The notes: generated from the sequence alone by a model not told the origin. A stretch of DNA of 64,000 nt from Octopus vulgaris (GCA_951406725.2 OX597815.1:99882001-99946000), one strand, 5' to 3'; shown: positions 42,841-55,811, counted from the stretch's first letter. A program made the numbers and translations.

Positions 42841-43005
42841 TCATTATTGTTTTTACGTATTTTTGTATTCTTATTCGTGTTATCATTATTGTTTTTACGT
42901 ATTTTTGTATTCTTATTCGTGTTATCATTATTGTTTTTACGTATTTTTGTATTCTTATTCGTGTTATCATTATTGTTTTTACGTGTTTTTGTATTTTTAT
43001 TCGTG
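42841..43005. repeat. 42-bp minisatellite, about 4 copies
   Basis: Unit tcattattgtttttacgtatttttgtattcttattcgtgtta, near-identical copies. Confidence 0.95.
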
Positions 43006-43112
43006 TAACATCGTCCGGTTTTCCGTCCTTGTTTTGTATACATTCGAGGCTTTCTTCCAAGGAATCTAATGCGCTTGGCTTAGATTTTTCGTTTGGGGCT
43101 GGCCAGATCGGA

Positions 43113-43178
43113 GCAATCTCAAGATTAATCAGCCGAAATTGCGAAGATGATCCGGTTCTTGACTGAAGATTGAAGGCT
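43113..43178 (+). ncRNA. Candidate non-circularly permuted hammerhead ribozyme
   Basis: GCAAT-C-TCAAGA / AGCC-GAA-ATTGC / TCTTGA-CTGA-agatt-GA-a-GGCT; three perfect stems in hammerhead register, unusual strand order. Confidence 0.5.
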
Positions 43179-43259
43179 TCGAATGTCCCGTCCGTGTTTT
43201 TTGTATCGTCTTCTAAATGTTTCACGTTCTTGTCCCAGTTTGTATTTTTTTACATTTAC

Positions 43260-43329
<70 letters not shown>

Positions 43330-44028
43330 ATGTATGTATGTATGTATGTATGTATGTATGTATGTATGTATGTATTGGTAGTTTTGAAGACATATACATG
43401 TACAACATTTGTAACAAGTAGATCATTTATTGTAGAAAATAACGTAATGTACAATAACTAAGTGAATTACTACCTGCGGCATATTGTACATATTAAAAGT
43501 AAGCAATCCTGCATATTTGGGGAGTGATAACTATAATTTTATTATTTTTCCTGTTATTTTGGTATTTTATTTACATCCTTATACTCTCAACAATTTTCAT
43601 CATCTACAAGTTTTAACAGTAATCAAATATTCATACATACAAGCCAAAATATTGTAATCATCATATAGTAAATCACGCGAGCCATCGTTACTAATATCCC
43701 AGAGACTGCAGTTAATTCTTGCCTACTCTAGGCACAAGGATCTAGAGACTGCAGTTAATTATAACGTCTAACATAATGTACAAGCCCGGAAATATGCGGC
43801 AGGTGTATAATCACCCACATTATTGATTGATATGTATTATTTATATTTTTCACATTATGAAAGGCAGGCATTCCTCCCTGATTTCCGTATAATCGGTCAT
43901 AACATTTGGTTAGGATCTATTGCATAAAATTCAAATGATGAAAGACAAATACCCTCAAATCGAGGTCTTACTAACTTCAAATACTCAATTCTTCCTCTCG
44001 AATGAAAGAAAGATTATTGGCTGCATAA

Positions 44029-44342
44029 AGGCGCGTGGCTTAGTGATTAGGGTATTCAGTTCACGATCGTAAGGTCGTGAGTTCAATTTCCGGTGACGCA
44101 TTGTGTCCTTGAGCAAGACACTTTATTTCCCGTTGCAGCAGCCAACTCAGCAGGCATAAAATAATTGTAGTTCCTACATTTCAAAGAGCAAGCCTTGTCA
44201 CAATCTGTCACGCTGAATCTCCTCATAACTACGTTAAGGGCACACGTGTCTGTAGAGTACACAACCGCTTACAAGATAATTTCACGAACAGGCTGTTCCG
44301 TTGATCAGATCAACTGGAATACCCATTGTCATAACTGACCAG
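44029..44342 (+). mobile_element. SINE family C, tail type 3
   Basis: ggcgcgtggcttagtgattaggg...gagttcaatttcc...ttgtgtccttgagcaagacactttatttc; tail shared with 47153-47508. Confidence 0.85.
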
Positions 44343-45108
44343 TTTTTTAGCACTATCTCTTCTTCATAACTAAAATGTTTTAAATATCAAATAATTGAAT
44401 CCCAGCCTAATTATCGATTACCTTGTAATTTATCTGCTTTTTTTATTGTGGCTTTATAATGGAGGAAACAGTTTAAGACCATGTCTTTCTCTCAATGAGC
44501 TTTATAGGTTCTGCATAACTGATGGGGATGACGTGTTTCATGTTTAGTTTCGACATCTGAAAAATAACTTTTGAAGAAAAAGCGTAGCTAGGGTAGCAAT
44601 TCTAGAAGATGACGGTGCTTAGGAGAAGAAGGATTCGGATATTGATTAGTACAGCGTATAAGTCTACTAATGGAAATGTACAATAAATGCAAATCTGCAT
44701 AACAAACAAATGCCAAAACTGAAACTCTGCTGTAATTCAGATTTTTTAGGGCTAATGGATTACGAAACGTTATGAGTTTTTTAGATATTATTTATATATA
44801 TATTTCCAGAATGAAATAGACGCTTTAAGCCCTTAAAAATATTAATTTTATTTTCTCACATTTGCACTATAATGCACTGGAACGTTCCAGTTCGGCTGTG
44901 TTTGACATGCAACTTCCAATCACTTTTGAGCTATTTCACTTTGTTCCATCCTTCCTTCTTTCCTCTAATAACGAGACGTTCTTTTCTCTGTTGAATTGAA
45001 ACGTTTTACTGTTACACTGCAGCATATAGCTCAAGTTAATTCTTAGTTAAAGTCTTCACTTTCTTACTTTCTTTTGTCTAAAATGTCTTTCGATTGTCAA
45101 TATGTTGA

Positions 45109-45516
45109 ACTGACAGAATCATTAGCACGCCGGGCAAAATACCTAGCGTTATTTCATCTGCCTTTACGTTCTGAGTTCAAATTCCGCCGAGGTCGAATTT
45201 GCCTTTCATCCTTTCGGGGTCGATAAATTAAGTACCAGTTACGCACTGGGGTCGATGTAATTGACTTAATCCGTGTGTCTGTCCTTGTTTGTCCCCTCTG
45301 TGTTTAGCCCCTTGTGGGTAGTAAAGAAATAGGTATTTCGTCTGCCGTTACGTTCTGAGTTCAAATTCCGTCGAGGTCGACTTCGCCTTTCATCATTTTG
45401 GGGTCGATTAAATAAGTAGCAGTTGCGCACTGGGGTCGATGTAATCGACTTAATGTCTTTATCTGTCCTTGTTTGTCCCCTCTATGTTTAGCCTCCTGTG
45501 GGCAGTAAAGAAATAA
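45109..45516 (+). mobile_element. SINE family B, tandem dimer
   Basis: Same head plus two-unit layout as 30279-30691, including the aaagaaataggtatttcgtctgccgttacg junction. Confidence 0.9.
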
Positions 45517-46081
45517 ATGTTTCTAAATAATTCTTTTGAAGTAAACTACTTATACTCAACTGCTCAATACTTTCTCTCTATCTTGCCGGTCTGATATGCA
45601 GATCGTTAAGGAAACATCCCGTTTTGAATTGTTGATGTTATTTAGCTTCAGGTCAACCCTTAAATAAACTTATTTACAATCAAAGACTTTCCTTCTATGA
45701 GTATACCATTTTTTCGTCAGATGCACCCACTGCGTCCTTTCTTTTCGAAAACGGCATACTATAATATGAGCAAGGTTTGGCTGTTGGATGCTTCTTCTAG
45801 CTGGTACAGTGACAGCATTCAATATTCCTCTTTGTCTCATCGAGTTTTAAGTACTTTAACTCAATGGACAGCCTTCAATCCTTTATTCGAAAATAGGAAA
45901 CTATAATAAACTTAACATTTACAATATATTAAAAACTTTGCTTTAATTGCTACTGCATCTTTCAGCTCTTCATTATTTCCTGTCTAGATCACATCTTTCT
46001 ACTTTTTTTAACGATCAGCCAAAAAAATGTCTGATAGTTAGTAAGGAAAGACACACAAATAAGAAAGAAGAAAGCAAAGGA

Positions 46082-46121
46082 CCACTGATGAGGTCACAGA
46101 AGTGTGACGAAAGAACTCTGG
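46082..46121 (+). ncRNA. Minimal type I hammerhead ribozyme
   Basis: cca-CTGATGA-g-gtcaca-gaag-tgtgac-GAA-AGAACT-C-tgg: 6-bp stem II, near-palindromic stem III, CUC triplet. Confidence 0.78.
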
Positions 46122-46232
46122 CTGAAATACGATTAATGTAAAAAATAAAACCTGAAGCAAATTAACACCAAATATATAGTGTGTATGTTTTTATTGACTA
46201 AACTGACAACATGACCATCCCCAAATACAACA

Positions 46233-46291
<59 letters not shown>

Positions 46292-46349
46292 GAAAAGTAA
46301 AGAGATTATGTAGTCTATCCTCTAAATATATTCAATTGTCAATTATTAA

Positions 46350-46468
46350 ATGTCAATTATTTAAATGGCATTTATTTACGTTCAATATGTGACTTCAAAT
46401 GGATTGACAGGTTTCAAATTAAAGTTAGTATAGAAATTATATGTGTGCGTGTGTTTGTGTGTGCGTGT

Positions 46469-46514
<46 letters not shown>

Positions 46515-46592
46515 AATCTCGTTGCTAACTTTAATTTGAAACCTGTCGATCCACTTGAAGTTGCAAATTGAACACTTAAATAATTGACATTA
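46350..46592. repeat. Inverted repeat (about 80-bp arms) around a (GT)n microsatellite
   Basis: gttcaatatgtgacttcaaatggattgacaggtttcaaattaaagttag versus ctaactttaatttgaaacctgtcgatccacttgaagttgcaaattgaac. Confidence 0.85.
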
Positions 46593-47152
46593 CATCTCTT
46601 GTGTCAGCTGAAATCATTTTAACTTAACGTAAACAAAATCTGCTCAGCCAACAGTTACGTTCCTTGATTTACAATAGATGTCTAAATATATCTATGTATG
46701 TGTATGGTACATGTATATGTATGTGTGTATGTGTGTGTGTGTGCGTGCGCGTCTTTTAGTCGCTACCTCTGATTGTTTGTCTCTCTCTTTCTGTGTACGT
46801 TTGTATGTGTGGTGATAAGACATCATCTGTAGTTATAGAAGAAATTCAGATAATTTCTGACAATTTCAGATAAAAATGTCTTTATATCTAATTAGAATGA
46901 CGCTTATGCTTTTGTCTCTTTGATGAATATTAAAGTATGGAAAATTCTCCGTGTTTTATTATATGTTTCTATATAATTGAATTTATCATCCACACTTTAC
47001 TCTCCACTATCTGAATAATAACAATAATGTCACTGAACGCTGGTAAAGTAATGTTTGATGAGTGTCACCAATAGAGGAGAATGGATCCGTGAATTCGAGT
47101 AACTTAACTTATTTCAGTATACACACGTCATTACGATACATTAAAAACAGAA

Positions 47153-47508
47153 ATGGCACTCCGTCGGTTGCGACGGCGAGTGTTCCAGTAGATTCGATCA
47201 ATGGAACAACCTGCTCATGATATTAATGTGCATGTAGCTGAGCACTCCGCAGTCATGCGTACCCTTAACGTAGTACTCTGAGAGATTCAGCGTGACACAA
47301 TGTGGAAAAGCTGGCCCCTAAAAATACTCATTATACCCATTCTTGTCAGTTATACTAAAAATACAGGTATACTCATTCTTGCCAGTTGAGTGGACTGGAA
47401 TAATGCGAAATAAAGTGTCGTGCTCAAGGACACAATGCGCTGCTATGAATCAAACTCATGACCTTACGATCGTGGGCCAAATACCCTGACCACTGAGCCA
47501 TCCGCCTT
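47153..47508 (-). mobile_element. SINE family C, tail type 3
   Basis: Reverse complement of the 44029-44342 type; small internal duplication at 47318-47380. Confidence 0.85.
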
Positions 47509-48404
47509 TACATGATACATTACATTAGCTCGTGATTAACTATATATCATTTTCTTTTTTTTTCTTCGTCACAGGCAACCTGCGGAGTGCATGTGGCTGA
47601 GCACTCCGCAGTCATGCGTACCCTTAACGTAGTTCTCTGAGAGATTCTTCGTCACAGGCAACATAATGCCGATAGTAGTTTACCTCGCATATCACATCTG
47701 GTGCAAGTATTTCACGTAAACAAACATAGGTGCTCGTCATTCGACCAGACCATGAATTTAACAAGAGTACGAATTCATCTTTGACAGAGGAGTCAAACAA
47801 CAAGGTCGAAACACCCAGTTCCCATATACCGGCGAATCGGATGTACACACATCGGCTAAAGGAAATGGCGTTCTCCGATGACGAAAAACAACAGCGACCA
47901 AAATATACACTTTCAAATCTGTCAGAACATATTAACAATGAATAGTTACGTTATAGTATTGACACATAAATCAAGAAATAGTCTAGTGTAGGATATTGAT
48001 GCATAAATACATGAAAAATATTCTCGTAGGTAATGAAAAATGAAATAAACATATTTGTAGGTTTAAATAATTATCTTTTATTCGAAGAAAATGTATTCTC
48101 TTATTTCTAAAACAATGCCAAATAGGTAAACACAATAGCACTTTTTTTCCAGTCATTTAATTTGGCTGGTGATTTTTATAATTAAATCATAGAAAATCGA
48201 TAAAGCTTCAGACAAGATATCTTGTAGTGTTTCGTTAAATCCATTTCCGTTTGAAGGTCAAGCCTGTTCAAATCTAGCGTACATTGCATTCTTTGAAGAT
48301 CGATAAAATAAATATTAATCGCTGAAATAAGATTAGAATTTTGTACCATAGCCAGGAATGACGTTAGCAAAATAAAGTTGTCTTCAATTTCGATTTTCGT
48401 GCCT

Positions 48405-48797
48405 GTCCGAATTGAAGGAGTACGATTGCGAATACAAGCAGCGTTACTCGACAGGGTGTGTAGCTTGGAGATCAGAGAGTTTGTCCAGGTCACACCGCTT
48501 CTTCTTCGCACTGAGAGGTCACAAGTCCCGTACAACGAACGTGTGATTAGAATGTCGCAGGAAAGAATCGCAAGATGGATTCTTCAAACCGAGCCAACCG
48601 GTGGGATACCAAGGAGTAGACTAAGAACGAGATGGTTGAATAATTCCTATAGTCTCAGTTGGTCATGCTTGGAAATCCAACAGGAAATTCTAATGATGTC
48701 TTTTATTCTGATAGGACCCTACGAATGAAGTACCTCAGAACTCTACTCTCAACGGCCTTCCTTGGAATAGTGGGCAGTGAAGACGGATGAATGAATA
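48405..48797 (+). mobile_element. RTE-group LINE 3' end
   Basis: LLDRVCSLEIRE..QVTPLLLRTERSQ...VIRMSQERIARWILQTEPTGGIPRSRLRTRW is an RTE/Rex3-like C-terminus; (GAAT)n tail. Confidence 0.8.
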
Positions 48798-49084
48798 AAT
48801 GCATGGCATGCTAAATATTTATCCTCTACTTTCTCCATTTGGCTCCCAATTTCCTCTTTCTATATTTTTTCTTGTTATCGCTTTCACAAGAAGCTACTTT
48901 GAAAGTAAATATATTTTCAAAGAGTTGCTAACCACTAAAGAATCGAAAAAGCATAAAAAGAAAAAAAAAACTACACCTCTTCCGAAACAAAATACAAACA
49001 ATGATATAATACAACAAATCATTTCTTTGTTTTACATAGAGTATGGTAGAAATGCGCGGTGAAGAGTCCAATAATAATGGAATA

Positions 49085-49592
49085 ACTTTTTCAACTATAG
49101 GCACAAGGCCCGAAATTTTTTGAGGTTAGGGAAGAGGTGCTAGTCGATTACGTCGACTGCCGCGATCAGATGGTACTAATACTATCGACCCCGAAAGGAT
49201 GTAAGACAATAATTGACCTCGGCGGCATTTGAACTCGGAAAGTAAAACTGGAAGAAATGCCACTAAACATTTTGTCCGACGAGTAAAAGTTTCTGCCAGC
49301 TCACCATAACAATAATAATCCTTTCTATTAAAGACACAAGGCCTGAAATTTGCGGGGAGGGGGGTAAGTCGATTACATCGACTCCAGTGCGTGACTGGTA
49401 CTTATCTAATCGACCCTAGTGCGTAACTAGTATTTATTTAATCGACCCCAGTGCGTAACTGGTACTTATTTAATCGACCCCGAAAGGATGGAAGACAAAG
49501 TCGAACTCGACGAAATTTGAACTCAAAACGTAGTGGCAAGCGAAATACTGCTAAGCACCCGGCGTACTAACGATTCGGCCAACTCGCCGCCT
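49085..49592 (-). mobile_element. Two adjacent family B SINEs, tail type 2
   Basis: 49085-49305 and 49319-49592; the second has a roughly 31-bp unit (atcgaccccagtgcgtaactggtacttattta) in three copies. Confidence 0.85.
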
Positions 49593-49657
49593 TAAGCGCA
49601 AGAAATATTGCCTAATAAAGACAGCAGGTTCCTTCAAATGTACACTTTCTTCCGAAT

Positions 49658-49701
<44 letters not shown>

Positions 49702-49884
49702 CTTCCTTTCTGTTTTAAAATATCTATATTCATTCAGCTTTGTTGCAAAATAGAAAACTAAAGCTAGCAACATTAACTACTTGGTTGTTTGAAATATTGC
49801 ATATTCTTTTAATAGTAATTATAAAGGGAAAATTTAAAGTATTTCCTAAAGCTCAATAAAATAACTTCCTACATAAACTTCCTA

Positions 49885-50420
49885 ACAAAGCTGTTTAAAA
49901 TTACCTGGAAAGACATGGTCCCTGATATGAAGTTTCTCTTTCCAGCTAATCTGACTAGCAATTACACACGGCTGAGTAGAGTGCAGGCCAGGTAGGCAGG
50001 CTACCTTGTTCGAATACCTGGCACGCCACTCCTCATTATACAACAAAATGGTGGAAGGCGCAAGATGGAAAGAAACAAAAACGCTTCAAGGATACACTCA
50101 AGACCTTACTGAAGAGCTTTGAGATCAACCCCGATACTTGGGAAACTTAATCGCAAGACTGTCCTACCTGACGAATCTGCACCAACAGAGATGTCACCTC
50201 CTACGATCAGAACAGGATTGCAGGGGCAGAAAGAAAACGTGAATGTCGGAAGTTCAGAGCCATATCCTTGCCTTCATTCTCAACAGACCACCAGTGCCCG
50301 ACCTGCAACATAGCCTTCCGAGCATGCATCGGACTGATCGGTCACAGACTGATACATCGTGGCCCGTCTTCTTTTCCCATTAGATTTCCTTGGTCATCGT
50401 CGACAATGACCGACGAACTG
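49885..50420 (+). mobile_element. RTE-clade LINE 3' end
   Basis: LFKITWKDMVPD...KRFKDTLKTLLKSFEINPDTWE...HQCPTCNIAFRACIGLIGHRLIH (terminal CCHH); tail ggtcatcgtcgacaatgaccgacgaac. Confidence 0.85.
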
Positions 50421-50700
50421 ATAATAAAATGCTGCACGTGGAAGACACATACCAGCCAATCAAAACCACACAAAATCTCTTAACTTCTTTTAAACATTTA
50501 TTATTTGCTGTCAAAATTTTTACCAACTGCGATCTGGTGACTGACATAATTCTTTTGGATTGCATAATATACAGACAGACAGACAGACTGGTAGACAGAT
50601 AGACAGACAGAGAGACAGTCAGGTAGGCAGACAGTCAGACGGAGGGACGGGCAGACAGACAGATAGACAGACAGATAGATAGATAGGTAAATAGATAGAT

Positions 50701-50791
<91 letters not shown>

Positions 50792-51109
50792 CTTTATGGA
50801 AGAAGTTTATCTCTCCATTTAAAAGCACACAAAATGACTAGAGTAGTTCGCAGTTGTGAAAAGAAACTTTTGACATTCCATGATATAAAGTTAAAGCAAA
50901 TTTAATTGTTTTTGTGTATTATAAATGACTAGAATGGCTCTTTCACTACATAAACTGTTACAGCATCAACACACGGTCTCAGACCAAGTCACTTGCAAAG
51001 CAAATACAACTCCGAAATACAGGTGTCTCTGTGTGTGTGTGTGTGGGGGCGGTTAAGTATACATAAGTCCGTCTGCGTATGTGTGTGTGTGTATTTGTGT
51101 ATTTATATA

Positions 51110-51158
<49 letters not shown>

Positions 51159-51502
51159 GTTTATGTATTTGTTTTGCAATGATGTGAAATCGTAAGTTGA
51201 AACAGACATTATTTCTGTGTTCGTTGTTGTTGATGCTGTTGTTGTTGTTGGTGTTAGTGGTGGTGGTGGTGGTGGTGATGGTGGTAGTGTTGGTGGTAGA
51301 TATTGTCGTGGTGTTTGACATATAAACATGTGTGTGTATGTATGTGTGTGTGTGTGGTATACTTGTGTGTGAGAGAGAAAGTGAAAGATATAAATTTACC
51401 ATTATAACATAATGTGCTTGTTTACATATGTATTACGTATGTACACACCTATTGCAAGCCAACGAACATGCACCACATCACCCAAACACATACACACACG
51501 CG

Positions 51503-51538
<36 letters not shown>

Positions 51539-54370
51539 TCACACACACACACACACACATGACCTTTGTGCTTTTATACAGAATGTCATCATTAAGAGAT
51601 TTAAAACTTCACCAGACCAGTTATAAACATTATACGAGTGACGAAATCGTTAAATTCGGCGTAGTGTAGACGAGCAAGATTGACAATATTAACCAGTTTA
51701 ACTGTGATATCCCGTGTTTTCTCTTCTATCATTAATGTCTATTGATCGTTTGTGCGAAATCATTTCATGTTTAAGATTTATAGTAGAGCTTCTTCTTCAT
51801 CTAGCAACTGCCGAGCATTTAGTGAACATGTACGAGTGAAGTTTACGCTATGCTGTTCACATCGACTTTTACCGTGTGACTATAGCAACACAACACAAGT
51901 GGGACCACTGTTTTCATATTAAACATTAGCTGAGAAGAAACAGTAACGTGTTACTTGAGTTGGAATTCAGTTTTATCTCTCCTGTATTTTTTTCCTTCTT
52001 CTTCCTAATGTTCTAATTTCTCTTACCTCTGGGGCATTGCATCAACTTTACAGTGGTTATAAATCTAACATTCTGTTCAGAGAAGTCTTCCCTCGAGTAT
52101 CATCCTGATTTGATTTGTGTTCTGTGCAGGCTTTTGCTATTTGCTAGCCTCTTTCTTTCTGATCGAAATAAAGGTGTTGCTGTGCACACAAGCTGTTAAA
52201 TATTTCAACGCATGCGCAAGCACATAAACACAGAGACACTCACACATATATACAAACACATACACACACACATACACAGATACACACGCATAGATATTCC
52301 GTCCACGTGTATATTTGTATTCACACAGACTCATACAAACACGCACACATAAATATACATACAATACGTAGCCTAGAACATATGTATCCATACATACGGA
52401 AATACATGCATATATACATCCGTATAGACTTACATACATATGTGCGCGTGTACTTACAAACATATATACATACATATATACACACACACATATACGTACA
52501 AATATACGTACGTACATAAATACATAGACATATGCACACATGTATATATATACATACATATGTATGTTTATATGTAAATACATACGTGTATATGTATATA
52601 CATGTGGGCAAACATACTATATACATACATACATAAATACATACACACACACACACGTGTGTGTATGTGTGTCTATCATTACATTCATGCAATCATACAC
52701 ACACACGCACATATATACACACATACATACATACATACATGTGTGTCTGTGTCTATGATTACATTCATGCAATCATACACACACACATACTCACATACAC
52801 ATACATACATATATACATGCATATACATACAAACATACACACATATATACATGCATATACATACATACATACATACATACATACATACATACATACATAC
52901 ATACATACATACATACATACATACATACATACATACATGTATACACATATTTACCCACATATGTACAAACTCAAATACAGAAACGACAAGACTACGTTTT
53001 CTCAGAGTACTAATATTTATTTTACTTGATTTAAGCAAACATAGTATTTCATATTCTAATATTCCGAACCAAAAACACTAACACCGACATTACGAACTCC
53101 ACTAACACTACCATTATCAAAAACGCCTTCATCAACACAAACAACGTTGCCAACAATCTTCAGCTTCGAAAACGTCACCAAAAACACCAACACAAACTAC
53201 GGGTTAGCGGCAGAGGCACTATTAATACTGAGAAGCAATATTTATCCTCACTTAAACGTGAATGTTCCATTGGAACAAATTATACCGTGGCAGTTACCAC
53301 GAGAGAAACTCATATTAGCTTTTTGGTGCAAAATGCACTCTTGTTTATATCGCTAGCAGGGATTTATCTCCCCTCTATCTCCAGCACCGAGACCGACAGA
53401 TCACGTGATCACATGATCTGGTTGGAAGCGTTGTTACAGCGTCGAATAGAATTCGTTCAGTATTTTCTCTGCTCTGGGTTCAAACCAAACCGATGTCAAC
53501 TTTACTGTGTATACATTCTGTGATGGTAAATAAATTAACAGTTCCGCGAGATGAGTTGAGAGAATTGTAAAAGCGTCAGACGAGAAGTCCTGTGGTTTAT
53601 GTACTGTCTCTGCGTTCTAAGTTCAAATTCTGCAGTAGTTATTATCGATATCCAGAGGAGATCACACGCCTATGTGAAAACCCCTGCCTACATGTAACTG
53701 ACAGGCGAGGTGACATGCTTAGATTTTGATCAAGTATTGGGGTTAACAAAGCCTAAAAGGACTGTAATATTATTTATATATCAAAGTGGAATGCATGTAT
53801 AGGTATAAAAGTAGCCATGTTACTGTTGTTGTTTAGCAACAGATCGAACTTGATCAAACTGATCAAAGATCAATGATATCCCGACGAGACTATACTGCTC
53901 TTTCAGCTTAAATTTAGTTCTACGTTATTTAATACATTATTTCTTTATGTAGGGAGTGAGGGAGTGATTTTAGAGAAAGTTGACGGCTTTTACTACCAGG
54001 TCGAGCGATCTCATAGAGAATTAGTTATAATTCCTTCCAGAACATCAAATATTCTTTTCAACTTTAGGCACAATGCCCACAATTTTGGGGGAGGGGACAG
54101 TCGATTAGATTTACCTCAGTACGCAAATGGTACTTAATTTATCGACCCTTTTCTTTTCTACTCTCTCCTATTCCTCAATACCCAATTAATTTTATACATG
54201 CAATATTTTACAAAATTGTTCATTCCTATCTATGAAGGTTCGACAGAAGAAACTGCGTTAAAATTAATAATCCTGAATACGTTCACCTTTGTTTTTTATT
54301 GTACTTTTACAAGTTTGAGTAATCCTTAACCGTCTTGTTTGTACATACCTTCACTATACATACATACATA

Positions 54371-55614
54371 CAGTGGCGGCCAACATGTTCAGAACGGCAT
54401 TGTTTTCGTCAGAAAAGTAGGTATAATTTTTTATCAAAGTTGTTTTATATTCTATAATTTTCACAGACAATAAATACGATATTATTTGTTATTGCCTGAG
54501 ATTTTGGTGTAATTTGAGAGGATAATACAAAAGTTATGGATGATTTAGCGATTTACTGCAAAACCCATGGCGGCCAAAATGATCAGAACGGTTGCTTTTA
54601 CTTCGTGTTTTAGTATATTTAACTGGCGAACTCTAATGTTTTGAATTTGTTTACGTGACGGTTCGTTTACTAAACATTAGTAAGAATATTTGCAGTATAC
54701 TTTGTTAATATAATGCCACTTACTCCGTTACCAATTCGTCAGCAGATTATTAAGCTTCGAAGGAAGGATAATTTAAGTATTGGATCTATTGCAAAGATTG
54801 TTAACAAGTCAAAAAGTATTGTACACGGTATTCTTAAGGCCTACGATGATTGTGGTTAAGACTAGTGTTAAATTCGGTAGAGGAAGTGTCATGGTTTGGG
54901 GGATGATATCTGGAGATGGTGTGGGCCCTTTGCTGCGATTACATGGAAAGGTAAATGCAGGAGTTTGTAAACAACTTGTAAAAGATCATGTCTTGCCTGT
55001 GCTGAGAAATTCAACTAAGCGACCATCCATATTCATGCAGGACAATGCCCCCATGCAGGACATGTAACAAGGCTAAGGTGGTCATGAACTTCCTCAAGGC
55101 TGAAAATGTTATTGTTATGGATTGGCCTGCTCAAAGCCCAGATCTCAATCCTATTGAAAATGTATGGAATATTCTAGGAGAACGTTCGAAAGCCAGAAAT
55201 CCTAAAACAACTGAGCAATTATGGAATGCCCTTCAGGAAGAATGGATTAAGATCACCCAGCAAGAAATTGAAAATTTAATTTCCTCATGCAGTCGAAGAT
55301 GTCAGAGTGTGATTGAAGCTAAAGGGCTACACACTTAATATTAAATAATTCCAGTATTCTCTGTCATTTTTGATTATTTTGTTATTTTTTCAACCATTCT
55401 GATCATTTTGGCCGCCATGGGTTTTGCAGTAAATCCCTAAATCATCCATAACTTTTGTATTATGCTCTCAAATTACACCAAAATCTCAGACAATAACAAT
55501 TAATATTGAATTTATTGTGTGTGAAAATTATAGAATATAAAACAACTTTAATAAAAACTTATACTTACTTTTCTGACGAAAACAATGCCGTTCTGAACAT
55601 TTTGGCCGCAACTG
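54371..55614 (+). mobile_element. Tc1 transposon, IR/DR type, internally deleted
   Basis: TIRs of about 224 bp (54371-54594, 55391-55614) starting CAGT, TA flanks; each TIR has two copies of ggcggccaa.atg.tcagaacgg. Confidence 0.95.
54713..55338 (+). pseudogene. Tc1-type (DD34E-like) transposase pseudogene
   Basis: MPLTPLPIRQQIIKLRRKDNLSIGSIAKIVNKSKSIVHGIL (HTH), deletion, then VKFGRGSVMVWGMIS...FMQDNAP / KAKVV...WPAQSPDLNPIENVW. First catalytic Asp deleted; frameshift from duplicated catgcaggaca. Confidence 0.92.
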
Positions 55615-55754
55615 TATATACTTACGTACAGATGTATGCACAGATATACTCGTATGTGTACATGCATATACGCATGTATCTTTGTATGTATGCATGTATA
55701 TATATACACACTTACGCATACATGTATATATTTATGTATGTATTTATGTATGTA

Positions 55755-55811
<57 letters not shown>

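Noticed and set aside
43095-43190. HDV-like or twister reading of the structured motif
   Set aside because: Could not place HDV P1/P3/P1.1 or the twister conserved loop; the hammerhead register fits much better.
42746-43225. 159-aa ORF, and the 42-bp repeat as a CRISPR array
   Set aside because: The ORF is kept open by a 3n minisatellite; repeats are contiguous without unique spacers; eukaryotic context with no cas genes.
47730-47945. 71-aa hydrophilic ORF as an exon
   Set aside because: No pyrimidine-rich acceptor and no recognisable domain.
51822-51860. gtgaaca...tgttcac hairpin as a pre-miRNA
   Set aside because: Too short and poorly paired.
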